The notes under the pieces: model-generated
What the model was told of the DNA's origin: nothing
Seen by the model: only the letters and a program-made list of their open reading frames with translations
Databases searched by the model: none
NCBI RefSeq assembly: GCF_033153115.1
Contig: NW_026889772.1
Coordinates: 1,426,001-1,490,000 of the forward strand
DNA length: 64,000 bases
Direction: 5' to 3'
From: Saccostrea echinata
Lineage: Eukaryota
Shown here: positions 12,383 through 24,100 of the stretch, one piece after another
Layout: every line of letters starts with the position of its first letter
How positions within the stretch are numbered: the stretch's first letter is position 1
Program-made: the position numbers and the translations under genes

Positions 12383-13887
12383 TTTCTTATTGCTGCTTTA
12401 CAAGGTGCTTCAATGTTTTGTCTGATATATTGTCTTTACTTAGACGGTGCTTTGTATAAGATTGTTGTACTTTAAGGTTGACAAATAGTTTAAATTGCCA
12501 GTATTTTGACCACTAGCCAAAAATATTTACGATTTTGAAGACTTCTCTAATCAATTAATCATTTCAACTGCTTTAATAACATTATGGAATCTAAATCAGT
12601 TTCAGTGCTTCATCTGCATTTTTAAAATCAAAATATTTTTTTTAGAATTTTTTTTTTAAAAAGTTTTGATGCTATGGATTCAAACATTTCTTCGTTAATT
12701 TCTCGCATTTCCTCATTTGGACAATTGAGTATATATACTGTAAACTTCTTTGACAGACCAAATATACTTTGGTTAAAAATAAAGCAGTAGGCCACACGTG
12801 ATCCATGTGCGCCAAATTGGGTTTTTCCCCTTGTAGTAGTTAAGTTATTGATGTGATATAAAATGAATACTTAGAATCGTATTTTTATCGAAATTGCTTT
12901 CATTTTTATAAAGTCTTTCTTTTACACAAATTATTTTTTGATAAGTTCATGTAAACAGTTGCTGTATTGAGCTAACATCTGATTTTTTTGTCCCCAAAGA
13001 TTCGTTTGTACAGGAACGTAAACATCTTTATTTAGCTTTTTAGCGAAAATTAGCCAATGGACATCATATGTTTACATTTCTATATACATATACAAAAATT
13101 ATTTTTTGACTTCTCATTTATCAATTATTTGAAAAAATAGTTTTATTCCCCCTATTTTTCNNNNNNNNNNNNNNNNNNNNNNNNNNNNNNNNNNNNNNNN
13201 NNNNNNNNNNNNNNNNNNNNNNNNNNNNNNNNNNNNNNNNNNNNNNNNNNNNNNNNNNNNNNNNNNNNNNNNNNNNNNNNNNNNNNNNNNNNNNNNNNNN
13301 NNNNNNNAAAATTTTTTTAAATATAAAATTTAAAGAATTTCAATGCATCTTTCCATTTTTCAGGGGGGGGGGGGTCAATCGATTGCAGCAGTAAACCATC
13401 TTATTATTTGCATATTCTGTGGTTTCAAAATCTCCCATGGAAAATGTTTTGCTACTTCAAAACTGCCATGAATATTGATAAATGCGCGACTGGTTTTCGA
13501 TTAGAATTATTCACAACCCTTAAGCGAGAAATCTCGAAAATTTATTGCACGCGAAAACAGTCTTATTGGATTATGAAATATCATAAACTCACTGTTATTG
13601 TCTCGATACCGAGTATTTTCGCTGAAATAATTATAAGATGCTCTCAGTACATTTATTATAGATATTATATTATTACACTTTGTTGATTTTAGTCGTTTCT
13701 AGCAGGTTTGACTTAATAAATCTTAATCTTTATTTTGAGGGGAAAAATATAGAATCGAACAGAAGGCTAAAAGTCTATAATTTTATCTCAAGTAATATTT
13801 ATACTCAGAAATTTATTTATATGTCTTATATAAGTCGTATATAAATTCCTTATTTGTCCATATATCGTTTTAAAAGATGTGACTACA

Positions 13888-14625
13888 CAGGGCTCTCTTA
13901 CCACTTTTTGGGAATGGGGCCGGTGCCGTAAAGATTGGAAAAATAGCGACCTATTGGGGAATTTGGGGGAAACCATTTATACTACCTTTAAAATCATGAT
14001 ATATTGGGTTTCTGGGTTTTTTTTTTATCAACTAGTGATGGGCAATCAGATTATTTTTTCCATAATTCATTATCGGAATAATCGGATGCACTATAATCGA
14101 TTAATAATCAATTGATTTCAAGTATCAAATTTGTTTATTTTGAATGAAGATTAAATTGGTAAAAAAAAACAAACAAACAAACAATCTGGAATAATTTCTA
14201 AAGTACACTTTTCAAAATCGATATATTTTGTATCGTTGTATTTATTAAGTTATTATCTAGGATTTGGTTCAAAGAAGAATGAATCAAGAAATCATAGGAA
14301 TTATTTGCTTTTAACTAATATTTTGATTTCGATTAGATAGATAATCGATTAATCGGTACATTACTATTATCAACTAAATTTTTGTTTTGCAATACAGAGG
14401 AATATGATTAGCCAGTTTAGTTATATATCCAGCTATATTTTTGAAATATCGGATATTTTGTTTACTTATAGACATAATATATATTATATATATATAACTG
14501 TATTTTCTTTAACTTTTGGAAGAAATGACTATTGGCAAAATTAACACATTCAATTGGGAAAAATAGGTACCTTTTGTGAATATGGAATGGGGCCCTTAAA
14601 CAATTATAGACAATGGAGAGCCCTG
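13888..14625. mobile_element. hAT-like MITE (CAGGG termini)
   Basis: TIR CAGGGCTCTC/GAGAGCCCTG and internal ttggg repeats; TSD not evident. Confidence 0.5.
14033..14366. mobile_element. hAT MITE nested in the previous element
   Basis: TAGTGATG...CATTACTA termini, perfect 8-bp TSD TTATCAAC (14025-14032, 14367-14374), aatcgatt subterminal repeats. Confidence 0.8.
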
Positions 14626-15767
14626 GTAAAAGGTATAAGAGGAATATCCAAACCTCAGCTTCCACTTGTACATATGGTTATAAAAGCTACAAATATAAGT
14701 AATGTATCTCTAAGTTTTAATTAAGCATCCAAAATAGCATTGTGAAGTGTGTCTCCATATTTTGACCATGTTTATATACATTTTTTTAATTATTATTTTT
14801 ATTAACAGACCCACCCCTTTCATTTTCTGTTCGTAATCTTGTCGGGCTTAAGCGTTAATGTGTCCAGAAACAAAGACAATTACTGTTTGATCTTTCCAAC
14901 TTACATTGCATTGTTGTACTTTCACTTTGAACATATTGCTTGTACTTTCACTTTGAACATATTGCATTGTTGTACTTAGTTGCCCACTGAACACGTCTCC
15001 GATTGTGCAGTGTCACAAGGTACTGTTAATGGTTTACTAAGTGTACTTTGGTGAGGTTTACGTATTGTATATTGTTTTATTCGTGGTTTTAAAATTTTCT
15101 GAATTTTTTCGTATTTATTGCCATCTTACTCTTGTTGTGTTTATCGGAAAAACTTTGATAAATCTCTACCAAATATTTGTTACACCCTATACAGGGCCTA
15201 CCTCTAAATGATAAAGAAACTCACAAGAACAAAAAAAAGAGCTTTAACAGAATTTTACATCTCAGCTTCTGTGATCGTTTCATTTTGTTTGTATACTTTC
15301 CTCCATACCATTTGTTTTCATTGAAAGATACATTAGTTTAGCACCGTGGGAATAAACTGCTTGACTAGTTTTTAAAAAAATGATCAAATAAAATTTACAA
15401 TATGGAGTTTTACATAAAGCTGATAGCTTAAATTATATTTGTTCTCTCTAAAAGTTTTACTTCAGATGAGTATTTACGGTAATTTTTATTTTTGTTTGTA
15501 ACAGTATCAATGTGGGATTATATACAAAGACTTTTATGTTTTATATTCAATGGAGATATATTTATTTATTAAATGAAATTTAACTTCCTGACTTAGTCTT
15601 GTTCTTCAGTGATTCAAACTGGAAACTGTTCATCAACTTATTACAAAGGCTATAAAAGCAGGATCAAAATTGGATGCTGCGTTTTATAAACAATTATTAT
15701 ACCTCTACTGATTTTTCCCTATATAATCATTAGATCGTTAAATGTGACCAATTCCCTAGAAATCGTT

Positions 15768-15976
15768 ATGAATGGACTAATCCCCGTGCGTTAGTCAAGT
15801 GAGCTAATCCCTGTTACGAAAGCTAATTCCCGGTTATCCGTAATCCTCTAAATTTTACTTTTACATTGGTATGATATGTGAATGGACTAATCCCCGTGTG
15901 TTAGTTCAGTGAGCTAATCCCTGCTTTGAAATCACGCTATCTGAATCCTCTAAAGCTTACGTTTGTATTGGTATAA
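15768..15976 (+). repeat. ~110-bp tandem duplication rich in TAATCC
   Basis: Two copies of tgaatggactaatccccgtg.gttagt..agtgagctaatccctg. Confidence 0.8.
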
Positions 15977-15980
15977 TAAA

Positions 15981-16126
15981 ACAGTTAAAAGTCTATCTTT
16001 GAGAGAGTTAACAAGTTTCCAGTTCCCCTCGACCAGGACTATTTCCCTCGGCTTCGCCTCGGGAAATAGTCCTGGCCTTGGGGAACTGGAATCTCGCTAA
16101 CTCCCTCAATGATATATTTTAACTGT
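15981..16126. repeat. Long palindromic (foldback) interspersed element
   Basis: Arms acagttaaaa..ttccagttcccc..ccaggactatttccc / gggaaatagtcctgg..ggggaactggaa..ttttaactgt around ggcttcgcc. Confidence 0.8.
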
Positions 16127-17725
16127 ATACTAATATGTAGCATTAGTAAACCAGTTGATTATAGAAACTCGGATGGCAAAGTGCGCAAAATCATTGAAAT
16201 ATAAGTGTGTATAAGTATTTAAAAAAATGTCCCATTTGAGAGATGTTTCATGTGACTTGTAACACCGCCCTGAGGTAATGAGCAAGAAGAACTAATGAAA
16301 GTGTTTAATTTTCGTGGTATGAAAAAGATACACAAATTCAAATCTCCCAGGAAATTGAAAATTTCATACTGCTATATAACGTTTCTCCTTTAACCACGAA
16401 ATCATATCCCTTCGAACCAGTAAGTTTCCTCAAACCAAGAGAATCGGACCCCACGAAAATAAATGATTTTACAGTATTTATCTTTCTTCTTTAAGGGGTC
16501 CCTGAAAATCACTTACCTGAATAATACCTTAAAGTTTGCTCTTGAGTATACAAATTCAGAAGCAAAAATACGGAAGATATGTCATAATCGACACTCAATC
16601 GTAAAGCGATTTATTCAACAGCCAACATCAAGGAGAAATGTAGAAAAATGAGAGAAAAAATAGAAATAGCACAACAGAAGTTCGAAAGCAGTGAAGCCAA
16701 CGATGTAAAAAAAATTTAAAAAAACAAAAATTTTACACACCGTTGAAAAATCGTATACACCAATTACAAATTAATGAACTAAATAATTCCAATAATTTCA
16801 AGTTGTTTGAATAAATATTTTGTGTCTGATTTCGTTTCAACCATATTAAACCATAATCGTATGATTGGACGCTGTTCCGTTCGGATGGCAGCTTTTTCTG
16901 TCAATTTTTGAAACGTACTTCTTGTTTTTGCTTAATATTCTCACTGTCTATTTAGTAAGCGATACTAAAGATATCAGAAAATGACGATAGACGCTTTATT
17001 TGCGACACATTTAATTTGAATTAAGCTTTGACTCGTTTTATAAAGAAAATAATCATTTTAATCAGAGCACTTTTTAAAAAAGTTTATGGCATTTTAACCC
17101 TAGTCTGTGCGCACTATCGGCGACCTCTAATGACCACGATTTTTACAAAAATATTAAGTTCAAACAATAAAAGCCAAACTATTCTGACTTGGAATTTCAT
17201 AACTAATATTTTGGTATACAATAAGTATATCTTGAACCATTCATTTTGACAAAAACGCCATTGTCCACGAACTTTTTGGACAACCCTCGTACATTTGTGG
17301 CATTTCTTTGTTATATAAACATGTTGAGAGCAAATATTAATTTTTCCAATCGTCGTAGGTTATTACGTGACCTAACGGCGCAATAATATCTACATGTAGT
17401 GATATCCGAAAAGTATGAGATAAATATTTATTTACTAGTTTTCTCTACATTGTATCAAATAAAGCAAGCTCAAATTGTCTTGATTTATTGTCTCAAAAAT
17501 TCCAAGAGGCAAAAATAATGTTAAGAGACGATTAAATCCTCTTTATTTGGATTCTTATTTCCTGAATACCAATGGAAATGATAAATAAAGGAAGTGGTTT
17601 TAACTGTGAATCCTTGATTGTAAGCGATAACAACGTATCAACGTAGAAATAGGAACTGTGTCCCCTATATCCTATATATATTACATTTCTTACCAGTCCT
17701 GAGTATATACTGATTAACATCCACA

Positions 17726-18187
17726 ATGGTCACTTACGAAATTAAGGTGAAGACCGGGGATGTGCAGGGGGCGGGTACAGATGCCAACGTAGAGATAGTT
17801 CTACTGGGTAGCTCTGGGAAGCAAACACAATCCGCCACTCTTGATAACAGGTTTAGAAATGATTTTGAAAGATGCCGGACAGATGTCTTCACCATAAAAG
17901 ATAAAACAGATATTCCTGAAGTAACTGAAATCAAGCTGCGAAGAGACAAAGCGGGTTCCTTCAGCGATTGGTTTGTCGAAAAGATCCAAGTAACAAATTG
18001 GAAGAGCGGATATACTTCTGTTTTTCCAATACTTCGATGGATTCGTCCTGATGTTGACCTTTATTTTGGACGATATGATGCCTCTCTGCCTCAGTTTGAT
18101 CCTCGACCAGAACAGCGCAGGGCTGAACTTTATGAGAAAAGACAACTATATGAGTATGAGGAGAAAAGACCGGGATTTCCCGTTCAG
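17726..18187 (+). CDS. LOX-A exon 1 (PLAT/LH2 domain)
   Basis: ATG preceded by an in-frame TGA at 17711; donor CAG|GTAATA. Confidence 0.93.
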
Positions 18188-21100
18188 GTAATAATCTATA
18201 ATTCATATTCTGTCATCACTAAATGAATAATTTTATGTATTATATTACTGGTATATATAAATGTTAATTATTTCTCCATTAATTGATTAATTGATTGCTA
18301 TGTTATTAGGTTAAAAACTTCCCCGAGGACGAGGATTTTTCTTTTTCTCACAAGGTAGGTGACGTCATACTTCTTCCAATCTATACATTTTTCATATAGG
18401 TGATACCTTTCTTTCTTTTTTTTCCCAATGACATTTACTAATTATCATCAATCTCCTATATAAAGATAATGCATGGATCGTGAGCTGTACATAAAATCAT
18501 TAAGTCTTTTTTTTTCTTTTTTTTTTTTCTTAATGCACGATGCAAACGTTAATCTAAATAGATATCATTTTACGTAATTATATCATTTTACTTTAGTGTC
18601 AAAAATATGTACCAGGAAAAAGTGCTCACGGCTCAAATTCAATTCATTTCTTCAGCTCCATAGATTAGTCTGATCAAGAGCTAAGCAATATTTTTCTGTC
18701 AAAATGAAAGTTCAGATAGCGAGAATTTCATAAAATGTTCATTAAATGATGTCTTCAAAATCACAGTTTGATCTGCTGAAGAAAACCCTTACTCTGAAGG
18801 CCGGTAAGGCGTGGGAGATGATTTTTGGTGATGGACCGTGGCAAACTTTAGACGACTTGAAAGATATATACTCGAAAATATTTGAAGAGCCCAAGGTAAG
18901 ACATCAGAAAGTTTTATTTTATCTTATTGTGAATTATAATTTTTAGTTTCTTTTTATACTGTTTACATTAAAGAAACAAAACATATATAGTTATTTACAA
19001 ACATATCTTTAGATAACTGGCTAAAGCTACTGTATACAGGGGTAATTTTCGCCCCATGTTATTTTCGACATTTCACACTTGCAAATAATTTTGCCCCGAT
19101 TTAAATTCGCCCAGTCACAGTTCTGTTTAAGAAATTATACTATGTTATTTTGAATTCGCCCCCTTTTAATTGTTCCAACCTGTGAGTAGCGCGAAAGGGA
19201 TTTAAAAAACGGAGGAGAAAATTCCCCTGTTTACAAGATTTGGAAAGGGGGATCCGGACCTATGCTATGCAAGAGGGAGATAATCCTTAATATTTAAATA
19301 AATTTCTAAATTTTACCACAGCAATCAGATATGCATTCTCAAAAATTACAAGGAACTTAAAAATTTGAAATCACAAAATTTTACCAAAATCAATAACATC
19401 AAAACGTACAATCTTTCATCACATTATACAACCATTCCCGACGATAAATTAAAGTCCAGGAATTTTGACTTTACTTTTTGAATTTATTTACTTGGTCATT
19501 TGCAAAATTATTTTGTTCAAAAAACACTCTGAGCACACAAGTACTCTGAAGTAGATATAAAAAAGATGCTTGAGTTTCTGATTGACACTATCTATGTAGT
19601 ATTTGGAGACCAGGTCTTCCAACAGTCTTCCGAAATTCCCATGGGTACCAATTGCGCCCCATTGTTAGCAGACTTTTTTCGTATTCATATGAAGCAGAAC
19701 TTATCTTATTCAAAATCTTTGCTGTGGCTTCAACTAGACATTTAGATATGTCGACGAAGTATTATCAATTAACAATAGTTACTTCCATTCAATGTCGACT
19801 CTATATATCTCAGTGAGCTTGAAATAAAAAATACCACAGAGTCTAACACATCTGTTTCATATTTGGATATTTTACTAGAAAAAAGACGTTAATGGTAACC
19901 AAACAACAAAGCTTTATGCTAAATATGATTACTTTAACTTTTCAATCATCAACTTCCCTTACTTATGTAGCAATATATCCTTATCACTTGCATGTAGAGT
20001 TTCTCTCAGTTGATTCGATACGCAAGAGCATGCTAGATACGTACGAACAATTTCTAAAACGAAACAGCCTATTGACAAACAAGTTGATGAAACAAGGATA
20101 TCAACAGTCTCGTTTAAAGGCATCATTTCCCAAGGTGTATGGTCGATACAATGACATTGTCAGCAAGTACATTCTATCATGAAGTCGAATGCTGACTGAC
20201 GTACTTCATTCTGATTGTAAGGTTATTATTCACACACTGAATTGGCTACGGGTTTTCCGCTTTTTCCGATCATGACAAAGAGGACACGCAGTTGTGACCG
20301 ATTAGCAGGGGATGCTCATTCCTCAATGGTACCCGATCCCATCTCTGATGTTTTAGAGGTCGGTGTTAGCTCTGCTCCTGATTTGTAATGTTTGAATGGA
20401 CTTATAAGATTAAACGCTATTTGTTATCTCCTTATTTCATTTCAAGTATGTAATATTATTGTTGTAGTAATATTGCGCTCTCACCTGCATCTCCCAACTT
20501 ATACGATACTCAAGAGCATGCTCCGAGTACGATCAATTTTTAAAATGAGGCAGGCTATTGACAGATAAGTTGATGTTACAGAAATTTAACAACCTCGTTT
20601 AAAGTCAGCATTTCGTTAATTCTATGGTCGTTATAATGACCTTGTTAGAAAATATAACTAATCATTGGGTCGTGTTTTGGCTGACTTGTTTCATACAAAT
20701 TGTTAGGCTTTTGTTTTTATACTTATTTTGTCTACGGAATGTTCCGTCTAGCTGATCAATACATAGGGCTCACGGCGGGTGTGACGGGTCGACAGGGGAA
20801 GCTTACTCCTCCTAGGCACCTGATCCCACCTCTGAAATTTTCATGGGTCCGTGTTTATGCCATCATCACAGATTTGTAGTATTTCAAGATTGAGATCGAT
20901 CACTGTTCGTTATCTTCACCCTTTTCATTCATGTACAATATTCGGAGACATTGCAATCTTTTGCGAAGTTTAAATACTAATCAGCTTGATGATTGGCATT
21001 CTGTCAGAGCTAAGAATTTTCTCCTGAAGAAATTCACATCCCATTGATCCCAAAGACGACAATTGACAAAGCGAAAAGAAATTAATATTGATTCGTAAAA

Positions 21101-24100
21101 CAAAACGATTTTGTTACACCATGATTACCATTACATTTTGATTCCAATTAGGGCGTGGTTCGTTGACAAAAAAAAATACCGCTCTGTGATCCAATTTTTT
21201 CAGTACCGATATACCTGGAAAATGCTTGGGCTTAGCTTGGGATTTCTTAAGTAAAAATATGAAATTTAAAATTTCGGAAATGTTTTCAATCATGCCAAAC
21301 AGTAAGGTTGCTGTTGTATGGTTGCATTTTGATTGATTAAATAAGAAAAAAAAATCATCTTTACTGCTGTTGAAAATATTGTAATAATATTGCAATACAG
21401 TTAGATATCGCACTATAGTGTAATACCAAATTCCCAGCCGATACTCCTAATTCCTATTATCTACAAAGAGATTCTAATTAACGACTAATGGAGTGTGTAT
21501 CTTATTTTGAACAGGGGATGCAGGGTTGGGAGAGTGATATTAGTTTTGGCTGGCAGCGATTAAATGGTCTCAATCCAAACATGATACGTCTTTGTACCCA
21601 TTTACCGGACAAGTAAAGTTTTGTTATTAATTTATTTGCTCTTCTAAAGATATATAATCAAAACAAGAACTACCTTTATAGTAGAGATCGTACGTGTTGA
21701 CGAAAACAATAATGCTATAATGATGACTCTTGATCATTGTTCTATCAATTACAAAATCAACGTTTTTACATATTTTTATATTCAATTCAGATTTGGTGTG
21801 ACTGAAGAAATGGTTAAACCTTTCCTCGGGGGCCTTACAATATCTCAAGCCATCAGGGATAAACGTTTGTTCCTCACTGATCTAGAAACACTGAATGGGA
21901 TTTCTGTTGTTGAAGGCTATGTTGTAAGTTTATTCACTACTGATCTAGAAAATTAATACTGAATGGGATTTCACTTGTTGAAGGCTATGTTGTAAGTTCG
22001 TCCATTACTGATCTAGAAATACTGAATGGGATTTCTCATCAATGCTGAGGACTATAACTTTGTTCCTTGATGACTTAAAAATACTCATTGGGATTTCTGT
22101 TGGCTACGTCTATACATAAAATCAATTTTTCTAACCAAAATCAATAACTTCAAAACGTACTGCTTTTCAACAATTTAAACAATTTAAACAATCTCGTTTG
22201 AAGTCATCTTTTCGCATTTTTCGGTCCATACAATGACCTTCTCAGCACATACAACCTATCATTGAGTCAAATGCTGACTGACGTTTTTCATAATAATTGT
22301 TAGGCCATTTTCTATATACTGAACTGTTTACGGATTTTTCCGGTTTTTGTTTCCCGATCATGACAAGGAGCACACGGCGGCCGGTCGGCAGGGGATGTTC
22401 ACTCCGTGGCACCTGATTCCACCTCTAAATTTTGAGGTCTGTGTTTGCTCTGCTCCAAATTTGTATCGTTTCATTAGACTTCCGAGATCGAATACTGTTC
22501 GTTATCTTCATATTTCCTATCATATTATCTTCATACATGATCAACCATTCCCCACGATAAATTAAAGTCCAGGCTTTTTGATATCATTGACAGCTGCTTC
22601 TTCAATACAAATGGAACTCGTAAATTTACTTACCTTGTCATTGGTCATTTGCAAAATTATTTTGTGTAAAAATCATTCTAATTGTACACATAAGTACTCT
22701 GAAGTAGATATCAAAGAGATGCTTTAGTTTCTGATTGACATTATCTATATAGTAGTTTTTGGAGATCAAGTCTTCCAACAATCTCTCGGACTTTCCTTGG
22801 GAACCAAGTGCGCCGCGTTATTAGTAAAACTATTTTTGTATTCATATGAAGCAGAATTTATTCAAAATCATGAACATGAGAAGAAGAACACATTTGCTGT
22901 CGCTTTCAAATCGACATTTAGATCGATGACGTAGTATCAATTAACAATAGTTATTTCCATTCATAGGTAGACTCGACATATCGCAGTGAACTTGAATGAA
23001 AGATACCACAGATTCTGACACACATCTGCTTCATATTTGGATATTTAACTAGAAAAAGACGTTAATGGTAACATAATAACAAAGCTTTTTGATAAACGTG
23101 ATGACTTCAAATTTTCTATCGTCAACTTATATACATTTATGGACTTCAGTATAGATCGATTTGTGGTTATGAGTACCCATGTCAAGTGATATTAACAATG
23201 GTAAAGACATGATTCTTATATTATGACGTCACGTTCTAAGTAACTTTGGTGCAACCGAACGGTGAGTCGTGCGATATTATAGTCCGCGGACGCGCTTTTG
23301 CGTCAATATCACAAAAGGACGAATATAACCTTACGTCCTTTCAGCAAATGAAAATTACGAAAATAATCATCTTATATAATATTATATACTTATTTATTTC
23401 TCCCGATTCGATACACAAGAACATGCTCCAGGAACAAATCATATTTAAAACGAGGCAAACTATTGACAAAGAAGTTGATGAAACAAGAATATCAACCTCC
23501 CGTTTAAAAATATCATTTCGCAATTTCTATGGTCGATACAATGACCTTGCCAGCAAATACAATCTATCATTAAATCGTATGCTGACTGACGTTTTTTTTC
23601 ATTCTAACTGTTTGGCCATATTTTAAACATTGAATTGTCTACGGAATTTTCCGTTCGCCCGATCATGACAATTATCGCACGGCGGGTGTGACCAGTCGAC
23701 AGGGGATGCTTACTCCTCCATGACACCTGATCCCACTTCCGATATTTTTGTAGAGGTTCGTGTTTGTTCTGCTCCCGATTTTTATTGTTTCAATGGTCTT
23801 TTATTATTATTGTTCTCTATCTATATATCTACGTACAAAGGGCGAACTGCTTTATCTTTTTACAAACAATGATTATAAATAAATGCCGTAACTGCTATAA
23901 TCCTAATAAAATACTTTTTAGAACGGTTATAGATGAGCGAGGATTCATATTCTAATCCAGAAGAAAAATGTCTATGTAAGTCGAAATCCTTTGTTTCTTG
24001 CTAAATTTGGGTACTGTACGTAAACCAACTAATATTTGCGACAACTTTTGTTCACAATTCGTCAGTTTGAAATACTTCCATGACTTCAAATGTTGGCGGG

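Noticed and set aside
12109-12459. 116-aa ORF from the track as a separate protein
   Set aside because: It overlaps SLC45 exon 3 in the wrong frame; the real frame starts at 12116.
17726-18187. Allene oxide synthase-lipoxygenase fusion as in corals
   Set aside because: No catalase-like exons upstream, and an in-frame TGA lies 15 nt before the ATG with no intervening acceptor.
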